64,000 bases of DNA from a virus (lineage: Duplodnaviria > Caudoviricetes). Position numbers and translations under genes: made by a program. Under the pieces are notes generated by a model. The model ran no database searches and was not told the DNA's origin. It worked only from the letters and a program-made list of their open reading frames with translations. Below are positions 21,701-29,381 of the stretch, one piece after another; the stretch's first letter is position 1, and every line of letters begins with the position of its first letter. The stretch lies in the IMG/VR virus record IMGVR_UViG_3300034272_002196, positions 1,901-65,900 of that record; one strand, given 5' to 3'.

Positions 21701-24700
21701 TAACTCATTATTGAAGTTCAGAATGTAATTAGATATAGCGCCAGCATTGGCTAATAAACTGCCTGAATACCCAGGAATACCCACTACTGCAAATTTATTA
21801 TTGTTACTTAAACTAACAGAACTGCCGTACTGTCTAGAATTAGATAAAGTGCCCGAAGGTAAACTTCTAGTCATTGACCATGGTTCAGTCTTGTTGTATA
21901 CTGCCCACTCTTGTTGAGTGTTAGAATTATCAACCCAAACTTTATCATTTGGCATCCAGTTAGTCACTGAGGGAATAGAAATTATGTCCGACGGGTCAGT
22001 GACTCTCATACTGATCAATTTGAACAAGCTGCCAGACTGGGTTGCCGAGCTAAAGCCTCGTAACGAGACTTCTACTTCGATGGTAAATGAAGTAAGAGAT
22101 TCAACTGTTATTACTCTATAGAACCCATTAAATTTATCGGTATTTGTAATTAAAATTGGATCATTTTTAGACAGATTGTGAAACTTATCCGTTACTATAG
22201 ATACCCTGTTATTTAAAGCATTAATAGAATTAACAATTTTGGTATCTGTATCTACTACTCTGAACACATTCCATTTTTGATTGTAATCTTTAGCTACCCA
22301 AATACCAGCATTCAACGACGTAATATTTCTTAGGTCAAACAATGTAAAATCAACATCTTCAATGTTTACAAACCCTGCAGTTAAAATGTCATCACTGTAA
22401 TCGCTGTTAATGGTCCGGTTTAATAAAAATGGACTAGACCACGGAGAGACCGCAGTTTTATACAATCCAAGATTATCGTTATATAAAGATCCAAATACTA
22501 CAGAATTATTAGATAAAACTTCAACACTGGTAGGGTTATTAAGAGTGTATGCTTCATCTAATACCAACTCAACAAATTGATTTGTGCCAACACTTCCGTA
22601 TCCGCCTACTCTGAATGCCCAATCTTCACTGACACTGACATCACTTGGTCGACCACTAAAACTCACTTGACCCAATGCATTGATAGAATTTCTAGTCCCT
22701 TTTTCTTTAATATATCCTTGATAAAATTTAACTTGACTAGCATCATCTAGTCCTAATTCATTTAAGTAGGATCTATTTCTATACCCAATTAGTCCCAATG
22801 CAAACTGATCGTACTGGCTTTCTAAATTTACTTGGTCAACATCGTAAAAAGTTTCTGGTAACTGAGCGTTGCGAGCAAAATTAGATAACAATCCTGTTTT
22901 AATTTTATTTTTATCAACCGGTAACCAGTCTGAGAAATTAAAACTAGTCGCGCCTGGTAATTTTTTATTTGCCGCATAGTAAAAGTTTTTATACTCTACT
23001 AGATCGCCTTTAAGATAATCTTTATTCATTCTCCAGGCTTGTACTCCTGGTTGATTGTAAATAAAACCTTGTGCTGCTAAAGTTCCTGTCCATCCGCCAG
23101 TTTTTTGTCCAACAATTTTTAATCTGTACTGTCGCTGCCCCATGACACTGTCATAGATAATATCGTTAAACTGTGTTTTGTTATTAAATATTAAAACATG
23201 TTCATACTGGACTAAGTTTAATTCTGCATATCCTATTAGGTCCACACTGTTAGTCAACGCTAAATCAAATTGATTATTGTCTCTGGTAACAGAGTACCCA
23301 TCAGAATTTAATACGCTAAAGTTTTGATTTACGACTTTTGTACCAAAGAAAGAATTACTGATAACATCCACTGTGGCAGATGTGTTGGTCAATTTGAGTG
23401 TATCAGCCACAGGACTTAATGTAATTACACTGCCGACTCCCCACCCTTGTTGTACCCAGAACAACAGTTCCCTAACACTTAGTTCCCAGTTTCTGATTTG
23501 TCCCAGTCTTTCATCAAAATATCCAAATTTAAATCCTTGTAAAGTTAAAAATCTTTCTATTCCAGAAAGCAAATTAGATAATTGCTGAAGGTTAGTAAAT
23601 TCAGTGCCGTAGGGCACGTTTATTCTATAATTTGTATACTCAGTGTAATACTCCACTGTTCTGTCAAGAACTCTAACGATTTTTTTGGTTCCAGTAGTAA
23701 CAGGAGGAACAACAGTAAAATAAGGTCTAGCCAAATCATATCCAGAAACTTTAAATCCTGAATTTGTTTTTTCTATTATCACTCCACTGTATCTTACATT
23801 TAAAACAGGAGTTGATTTACTCAGAACTAAATCATAATCGCTGTCTGGTATAATGATAGTTTCATTGGTGCTTTCAGGGCTGTTTTGTTCTGCTAAAATT
23901 TTGAGATATTGCTTGCCACTGAATCCTGCCATCCTGTAACTTAATTGAATATTATAATTTCTGACAAAATCCAACAGTGGTTGTTTATCTGTTACACCTT
24001 TACTTGTTTGATAGTCAGTAATCCAATTTAAGTAGCCAGAAGCTCTACTAATAGAACCATTGCTGTTAGTATATCCGTTAACATCAACATCATCAGGAAC
24101 AATCCTATAGTTTGTTCCTGTTATTACATATTGATCTAAATCTGTATTATATCTATATTTGTTTGTGTTTAGCCCATATGCAAAATATTTTGCAGGTTTC
24201 ATCATTGCTATTGCGTATTGAACAGCAAATGGATAGTCACTGCTATTTCTCCAGGCTGTTTCTGTAGGACTAAATTGTCCCATGACCCAAGATCGATTAA
24301 ATCCGGTACTGTCATATGACGTAGTAATTAATCCGATTGGCGGCAATAACTCACCATTTTCGTTTACAGGTATGAAGTCTAGTAGTCCAGGGCGCTTGAA
24401 CCTATTATCTATGCCCTGTCTACTGCCTTGTGCAATCAGCCCATTTTGTAAATCAGTCCACAAAATTTTGTTACCTGATGTATATGGAGATGGACCGTAT
24501 TCATTTTCCCACCAGTCGGGTTGTTCGCTGAAACCTAACATCTCCCATGGAGATAAATGTGGAGTCTGGCAATCGTAAAAATATTCATAACAGGCACGCC
24601 AGCTTCCTGGTAAGTTTGCATCATTAATCTTATCTTTGGCCGAAGAATAATTGTAACTAAACGGAGAATCGTTTACATACGTACTATTTGTCACGTAATC

Positions 24701-27700
24701 TAAATTATTCACTCCTGTCCATTGCAAATAGTGTCGTGCAATAAGATTATTGTACTGTGCCAAAGTAAACCCTGTATCTCTGAATTTGCCAGGAATGCTG
24801 TCATAGATGTTTACTAGTTTTTCACTGTATACAACTTTAATATTGTTATAAATTCTTTTTTCTAATTCTAATATTAATTGATCTCTGAAGTCTCCAAAAG
24901 TTACAGTTAAACTTCCATCGTGTCCTTTAATAAAAGTCTGCGGTGTTGTGTAAGTATAATCTGTAAATATTTCAGGCGTAAATTTTGGATATAATCCTAG
25001 TTTAGTAGGAGTTTCTGGAATCCAGTTTCCATCAGTATCATAATATTCTACTATAGTGATAGTATCGTCGATATTTAATTCAACAGTGTCTAATATTCTA
25101 ACTCCAGGACCAGTAACTAAGAATGTATAATCTATTCCATATATTAATTGAGTAGAATTTAAGTATAGTAGAATTGCTTTGCTGCCAACTGTTTCATTAC
25201 TAAAAATTTCTGTTATTTCGTAATTTCGTTGATTAGGATTAAACACTGAATAAGTGATTGTTTTTTTGTTATCCCCATATGGTACCATATCACTATAATA
25301 CCAAGGAAATGTTTTATCCTTAATAATGTTAATTTGTTTTAAAATATAATCAACACCAGTAACAGGATTTGTCGGATCAATTTGATTAGACTTGCCGGCC
25401 AAAGTTAAAAATTTATTTTTAAATTTTGTATATTCTTGCTGAGCATTTAATAACGAGCTGACAAAATTAAATTCTTCATCACTTAAGAACATGCCAGCAT
25501 AGCTAATAGGAGCACTTTGCTGCAACATGGTGCCAGCAAAATTTTCAATGTATAAGTCTCTAAGGTTACTAACTCCTGGATATGAACCCGTAAATAGTAA
25601 ATTATTTTGACTTAATTCTCCTATATGATTTCTTAATTCTCCTAATGTGGGATATTTTAATAAAGCATTTTGTGGATTATAATTTAAATTGTCAGGAAAA
25701 GTATAAAAACCTATCTGGCTTGATTCGGTGCTATTATATACCAAAATGTCAATTCTATCACCCTGTTCTATTTTTAACGGATTAATAACTAACATTAAAT
25801 TGTTATCAGGCAAAGGATATGCATTTATATCCGATACCGGTAATCGTTTAGCATTTACGTAAACTATAATATTGGGTTCCGTGGTCGACAAGTCTGGTAT
25901 AATATCAATGTTAAACCTATTTGTGATTCCATCGTAAGTAAATGCAAGATCTTGCATTTGTCTTGACGGTGTATTTACATTAGTCCAAGTATTAATTTTA
26001 CTAAATGTACCGTTTGCATTATTTTTATGCAAGAATCCTGAATTAACATTTTTTATTACTGTTGTATTATTTTCCCCAAAAGAAAATGTGTCTGTTTCAA
26101 AAAAGTTTTCAAATTCTATGTCCCCAACATTGTTGAAGTTCTTATAAGACAATGGAAAACCTAATACAGGATCTGCTGAGCCTTCACCTAATTTATAACC
26201 AAAAATCTTATTTCCTTGAAACCTAGTTTGGTTGTTTACAATAGGGTATTTGCTAATGTCATTAAAACTTATTCCTTCGTTGTCGAATACATCAAATAAC
26301 GGAGCTTGATTGACAGTTAACTTTTGTTGACTTTCTAACCATTCTGTACCAGTATACCAAAAACTTTTGCCGTTGTTTGTTATTCCGTTAAACACGCTGA
26401 CAGTTTCATCTGCCAAAACTGTGCTGTCGGTTGCTGGAACTAAATGAATAATTTCAGGTTGTGTTGGATCATCGTATATGTTTACAAAAGTAACAACCCA
26501 GATTTTAGCTTTAGAATTAGGATCTTGATCTGCGCCAAAAATTATTCGCATGCCTTCGACTAACTCTATACCATCAACAAATATTCCTGTTACACCCTCA
26601 ACTGTTGTAAATGGAGTCTCGATTCTGGTGTCAAAAATGTCCACTGGTTGTTTAGCAGTTTTTCCAAAATTATATAATTGAAGATCGCTGTCAAATTCAA
26701 TGATAGGACGTTTTGCTCTGTTTTCCGAATCGACGATTTGTTCGATATTTGTATAAATTGTAGTCAACTCTAATACATTCTTGTGAAACCATCGATTTCT
26801 TCGAGTCCACGGATTCAAATCTTTACTGGCTCTACTGATTATTAAATAATCCGGAGTTGCCAAGCTGGTATTCGTATCGATTGCGGTACTACCATAGAAT
26901 GCAGATCCCACTATGTAAGGGTATACCGGTTGATTATTTGAATTTTGAGTAACAAAATATGCATACGTTCCGTTGGGAAATTCTGGAGTTACACAGAATC
27001 GTCCGTTGTATTGATCTAATGTGCCTGTATTTTCGTCAAATGTATAATCTTCGATGAATGCACCTGGTAAAAACTCAAAAGTTAAACTAGTTCCAGCCAG
27101 CACAGTAACATTGGTGTTTAACTGAATCTGACTAATTGTCCCATTAAAGTTTGGCAGTCCTTGAGCAGTTTTTAAACCATTGTTAACTACCCATACAGTG
27201 CCTTCTGATATACCGCCATTATTAAGCGTTACACGCATACCCGGATTTATTCCATTAGTAGTCGATACTGCAATAAAATTCGTGCTCGTAGCATCTGCTG
27301 TAACTGTAACCGTCTGAGCCGGAGGCCTATACAACCCATCAGAGGATGCGGTATAAGAACTTACCATTCTGATAATACCACTTGCATCATCTATAGGATT
27401 ATCGTAGCCAAACGGACCATATATTGGATATCCGTCTTTGGCAAATCCAATTAATTTACTATGCCCTGTTGTTAAATCGGTGTACCCTTGAACAAAGCTG
27501 GTTACATTGCCCCATGCGTTTGCTGTTATAAAATTGCTATTGGTATATACATATCTTCCATTATCTAAGGTATATCCGCCGTAGGCATCTTGTCCGTTTA
27601 TAAGAACTTGATTTATATCATAATGCCAAGTGGTATTGTTTTGTCCGGGAACCGTTGCGCCATTACTAACACCGTTGATAACTATACCAGGAAGAGTTAC

Positions 27701-29371
27701 ACCTATGTTATCAGCCGAGAATAATAAATTTTCATGTTCCCCTGGCAAGTTCTGTCCAGCTCGGTAAGGATACCTGAATTCAATATTCTGCTCAACTATG
27801 TAGTTGCTGTTTATAGTATTAGGAAACTGACCCACTGCAACATTTGTTCCATCTGGATTATCTGTGGTTGTTACAGTCAATTGATCTGCGGCTGCATTAA
27901 GTTTAGCCGATGCGTATACTACAAAATTCTGTGACGGCTGATAATTGTTCTTGGCTTGAGCAGCATTGATAATCAAATCGCTGACTGCCACTAACACGAT
28001 CCCTGATCCAACACCGTCTACATAGTATTCTTTATTTTGGTATGCTTCGGGTGTCACGCTATCATCAAACACAATTTTTAATCCATTGGTAAATGTTACA
28101 CCGTTGGGACTAACATAACCTTTTTTTCCTAGGATTTCAGAATCAACGTTGATTATGTTATTAGAAGCTTCAACTATTTTAATTACACCGTACTGACTTG
28201 GATCTGAACTATCTTGATAATACAATTCTGTCAACGGAGCAGTAATCACTGGAATAATTTGTAATCTATCTTGACTAGTTGTATACCATTCTGTATTACC
28301 ATATTCCAAACCAGACATAATAATTACTTTGTTATTTTCTGGTATTGGAAGATAATACACTAAGGTAAAGATATAGTCTAAGCCCACTGGGTTCAGAATA
28401 ATTTTCCAAATTCCGTAACGTTGACTTTCGGGCACCGTGACAGAGCTGGCTGTCCAGTCAGCAGCGTTCGCACTGTAATTTTCAAATATTAAATATTTTC
28501 CATTTAAATTTGCATTTTGTCCGTCAATGCCGCCGTATTGAGATTTTATTTCTGACAACAATTTGCCTTGTAAATCTGCATAACTAACTGTGCTTACTAA
28601 GTCTACTTCCTGCACCACTGGCATAGACGTATAAAAATCCTGATCTGTAGCTGATGGTACATTAAATGAAATTGTGCCAACATCAGTTCCGTTATTGGTC
28701 ACTCCCAGTATCTGTCTGGTGCTTTGATTTGTCCTATTGCTTATACCAGATATTCCTGGTTGTGTTTGAATATAAAAAGATTTTCCAGGTTGATTAACTA
28801 TAAATTTATAATTGCCGCCACGTGCAAAAACAAGGTCAGGATTGGGTACAGTACCAAATCCACTAAGATTATAAACATTTAACCCTGCATCAGGGTATAC
28901 ATAAAATGTTCGCTCTAAATCTGCGGTGCCCGCATACACATCAACTGGAGTAGGTCCATTGGGCAACCAGTAATACTGTCCAAAGTTAATAAATGCATCT
29001 GCATTAATTCTGGAATTATAGCTATAAAAATCACTGGACCAAAGAGTATCTTGATTATCAGTATTACCCCCATAAAAATCTAACTTTTGTAATATTTCAG
29101 GATATGTAGTTTGAAATTCAACATTGTTGGTGTTTTGATTTTTAACAACAATGCTGGGCTCAAGTTGATAGTCTGCACGATCTGCTGTGGGTTCTAATAC
29201 ATAAGAATTAATGCTATTGAATCCTGGAGCAAATTTTCTTCCCACATAACCATTAATGGGAATTAAATTTGGCTCTGTCATCAATTGATCCAGAGTAGCA
29301 TTTAAAAACTTTCTGTTTGTGTCAGACTGAAATATTCCAGGTAGGAAATTTATAGTTTTTGTAATAGGCAT
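15710..29371 (-). CDS. Giant (4553 aa) multi-domain baseplate/virion protein
   Basis: Single open frame next to the gp6-like gene; N-terminal INFLPGIFQSD...FL wedge-like start; YHYH-like domain, FG-GAP-like propeller repeats, GGxGY repeats, CBM-like W...Y..G modules. Confidence 0.8.
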   Translation of the reverse strand: MPITKTINFLPGIFQSDTNRKFLNATLDQLMTEPNLIPINGYVGRKFAPGFNSINSYVLEPTADRADYQLEPSIVVKNQNTNNVEFQTTYPEILQKLDFYGGNTDNQDTLWSSDFYSYNSRINADAFINFGQYYWLPNGPTPVDVYAGTADLERTFYVYPDAGLNVYNLSGFGTVPNPDLVFARGGNYKFIVNQPGKSFYIQTQPGISGISNRTNQSTRQILGVTNNGTDVGTISFNVPSATDQDFYTSMPVVQEVDLVSTVSYADLQGKLLSEIKSQYGGIDGQNANLNGKYLIFENYSANAADWTASSVTVPESQRYGIWKIILNPVGLDYIFTLVYYLPIPENNKVIIMSGLEYGNTEWYTTSQDRLQIIPVITAPLTELYYQDSSDPSQYGVIKIVEASNNIINVDSEILGKKGYVSPNGVTFTNGLKIVFDDSVTPEAYQNKEYYVDGVGSGIVLVAVSDLIINAAQAKNNYQPSQNFVVYASAKLNAAADQLTVTTTDNPDGTNVAVGQFPNTINSNYIVEQNIEFRYPYRAGQNLPGEHENLLFSADNIGVTLPGIVINGVSNGATVPGQNNTTWHYDINQVLINGQDAYGGYTLDNGRYVYTNSNFITANAWGNVTSFVQGYTDLTTGHSKLIGFAKDGYPIYGPFGYDNPIDDASGIIRMVSSYTASSDGLYRPPAQTVTVTADATSTNFIAVSTTNGINPGMRVTLNNGGISEGTVWVVNNGLKTAQGLPNFNGTISQIQLNTNVTVLAGTSLTFEFLPGAFIEDYTFDENTGTLDQYNGRFCVTPEFPNGTYAYFVTQNSNNQPVYPYIVGSAFYGSTAIDTNTSLATPDYLIISRASKDLNPWTRRNRWFHKNVLELTTIYTNIEQIVDSENRAKRPIIEFDSDLQLYNFGKTAKQPVDIFDTRIETPFTTVEGVTGIFVDGIELVEGMRIIFGADQDPNSKAKIWVVTFVNIYDDPTQPEIIHLVPATDSTVLADETVSVFNGITNNGKSFWYTGTEWLESQQKLTVNQAPLFDVFDNEGISFNDISKYPIVNNQTRFQGNKIFGYKLGEGSADPVLGFPLSYKNFNNVGDIEFENFFETDTFSFGENNTTVIKNVNSGFLHKNNANGTFSKINTWTNVNTPSRQMQDLAFTYDGITNRFNIDIIPDLSTTEPNIIVYVNAKRLPVSDINAYPLPDNNLMLVINPLKIEQGDRIDILVYNSTESSQIGFYTFPDNLNYNPQNALLKYPTLGELRNHIGELSQNNLLFTGSYPGVSNLRDLYIENFAGTMLQQSAPISYAGMFLSDEEFNFVSSLLNAQQEYTKFKNKFLTLAGKSNQIDPTNPVTGVDYILKQINIIKDKTFPWYYSDMVPYGDNKKTITYSVFNPNQRNYEITEIFSNETVGSKAILLYLNSTQLIYGIDYTFLVTGPGVRILDTVELNIDDTITIVEYYDTDGNWIPETPTKLGLYPKFTPEIFTDYTYTTPQTFIKGHDGSLTVTFGDFRDQLILELEKRIYNNIKVVYSEKLVNIYDSIPGKFRDTGFTLAQYNNLIARHYLQWTGVNNLDYVTNSTYVNDSPFSYNYSSAKDKINDANLPGSWRACYEYFYDCQTPHLSPWEMLGFSEQPDWWENEYGPSPYTSGNKILWTDLQNGLIAQGSRQGIDNRFKRPGLLDFIPVNENGELLPPIGLITTSYDSTGFNRSWVMGQFSPTETAWRNSSDYPFAVQYAIAMMKPAKYFAYGLNTNKYRYNTDLDQYVITGTNYRIVPDDVDVNGYTNSNGSISRASGYLNWITDYQTSKGVTDKQPLLDFVRNYNIQLSYRMAGFSGKQYLKILAEQNSPESTNETIIIPDSDYDLVLSKSTPVLNVRYSGVIIEKTNSGFKVSGYDLARPYFTVVPPVTTGTKKIVRVLDRTVEYYTEYTNYRINVPYGTEFTNLQQLSNLLSGIERFLTLQGFKFGYFDERLGQIRNWELSVRELLFWVQQGWGVGSVITLSPVADTLKLTNTSATVDVISNSFFGTKVVNQNFSVLNSDGYSVTRDNNQFDLALTNSVDLIGYAELNLVQYEHVLIFNNKTQFNDIIYDSVMGQRQYRLKIVGQKTGGWTGTLAAQGFIYNQPGVQAWRMNKDYLKGDLVEYKNFYYAANKKLPGATSFNFSDWLPVDKNKIKTGLLSNFARNAQLPETFYDVDQVNLESQYDQFALGLIGYRNRSYLNELGLDDASQVKFYQGYIKEKGTRNSINALGQVSFSGRPSDVSVSEDWAFRVGGYGSVGTNQFVELVLDEAYTLNNPTSVEVLSNNSVVFGSLYNDNLGLYKTAVSPWSSPFLLNRTINSDYSDDILTAGFVNIEDVDFTLFDLRNITSLNAGIWVAKDYNQKWNVFRVVDTDTKIVNSINALNNRVSIVTDKFHNLSKNDPILITNTDKFNGFYRVITVESLTSFTIEVEVSLRGFSSATQSGSLFKLISMRVTDPSDIISIPSVTNWMPNDKVWVDNSNTQQEWAVYNKTEPWSMTRSLPSGTLSNSRQYGSSVSLSNNNKFAVVGIPGYSGSLLANAGAISNYILNFNNELVEDVTLDGKAVGTIGLGSVIDSGTDRVIASAPLSGSGRGWIYTYKRGAFGSLTESQLLCPNVNSAANFGYSISVSKDDQWLYVGAPEAGTVFVYALNNLMESGNSSVTANGNVNSFVLSFTPYDSEAVLVRSASRTYVPNYDYTISGSTINFVSPPPAGTISVVQEVGYSLYATIAGNAAEKFGYSVSSTIEGAQVVIGSPQANVTVGNVTYTNSGSVDIWNRSIENYIAKGSENLFSGISAISEFTKVYLDGTLQTLGIDWVPFNVNWVLFSSTPKLGQIVTVESNILHEIQSIYPQTPYTDQQFGYSVDICTNNCSLFVGAPYQSQTNLLSGAVYRFLNQGRVYGTITGTIQNPTVNSGDSLRINNFVVTFNNTNLGDVVTAINNANIPGVTASAVNGYLKIDSNSLVLADKLRILPGIGSAINDLGLEVFTEVELINNYSNKSYDYFGKVVQINNNSNILVVASDSAATLVTTTFDLTSRVTTFDTGSTGFKEPVDDSGSVWIYSYLPSNVNSIANAGKFAFIQQLTPTSAEGSLKTNDRFGSGVSITEYQMLIGSLNFNQFNFNAGKVFQFNNQNNLLGWDKLRSQEPRVDINGITKAYIYDAQSQSIQYNLDYIDPAKGKILGLAEQEITYKIDYDPAVYNNTSLSTVAKDNNLFWTNQQVGQVWWDLSVIRYIDYEQGSIKYRNSNWGRAFPNSSVDVYEWVESIYPPSQYVANGGSGTPKYPSDNAYTSLTYIDPLTNYATVKYYFWVKDKTTLSVNQFGRSIPVATIASFIRDPKNTGIKYFAALKDDSVAIYNMENETTGRNTIFHLDYVTQINSNIIHNEFALLNDTTSKSDEIPQNIYNKMVDSISGADVFGNPVPDPTLQVQNRYGIDFRPRQSMVIDKDEAMREFVLYTNKILEKNLISQGYDISGLSLGEPIPTSNSGAYDLTVTNLEELSYVNIQIRPIGYKVLVQTNSLIGNLWTIYVKDRSVLTWQPNTNYKRGQYILNNQIAYYVKNNFTSGATFTFTDDIEIYNVRNEWVLDRVQAYNNNDYWEFVDWYAPNYDQTVKPNYTIQTTAELGNLNLKAQDIVKILNNGQGKWFIIQVFPNIVNTVAIQDGTIQLKDNLYELPAYGMGFDSDNFDINRFDQNPSIEIRSIVDIIKNNIFINNLDIEFLKLFFVFVNYVLYEQKNVDWVFKTSFINVLQQIKGLNQPPIYSRENIDIYLDYINEVKPYKTTVREYVVDYQGDDNYTGYVTDFDVPPYYDPVLKINRSPSGEFIEDIRALQQPQYADWLSNYSYNIESIEIINGGTGYTFPPTVVITGSNNGNDAVARALITNGVVTKIILVYAGSDYITTPIISIVGGNGTKASARAVLKNDKVRSITAKLVYDRYTYGSTIVNWTPNTVFTQGQIITYNSVAYVVNTSFTSGNNFSLTNLTVYPVTKIDNANDRIQAYYNPEIGLPGKDFALLQSGIDYPGVKVKGPDFDESGGFDVAAFDSTPFDPLTIDSDGTYVISDVILDTVITSDYTDTTLGTKPEDIIVDGGPYVYDKYTEWRQNTFYDKGDLVSYNNQIWYTVQPFTSSTSFSANNFTTYNIGPYASHAPEELVPGRVYDTLDLRVSTLAVDPLSTSYQNWSYFQGIYVDSIAVANGGSGYNPGTTGVVLEGGGYITQAVAQVLLDANGTAYGFQILNGGAGYHTTPNVIITGSNTTPIIASAVMKISNAPSSANPYAKLSYRVFKDMVDNYTYIRIDGSAITTLAANLEITDTEINVTNASVLPEPAGSGGEPGVVFINGERITYYTKDSANNRLGQLRRGTNGTGIKKHLLGDSVVDGGQSQYVPYSSNRIWYAGNTGPGSINISVNSTTINGTNTYFLSNLTIGGNIFAADGRYIGVVSSISSNTLATVSTTPRFNATGVSYDYAADVTLTTGANVAYTFYSNTGYIRSNLWYSSGGTPISTEFANVITTESSRPMDIDGTGQDDTATDGTGLYNATTIQSQFLRQGQVG

Positions 29372-29381
29372 GAAATTTTCA

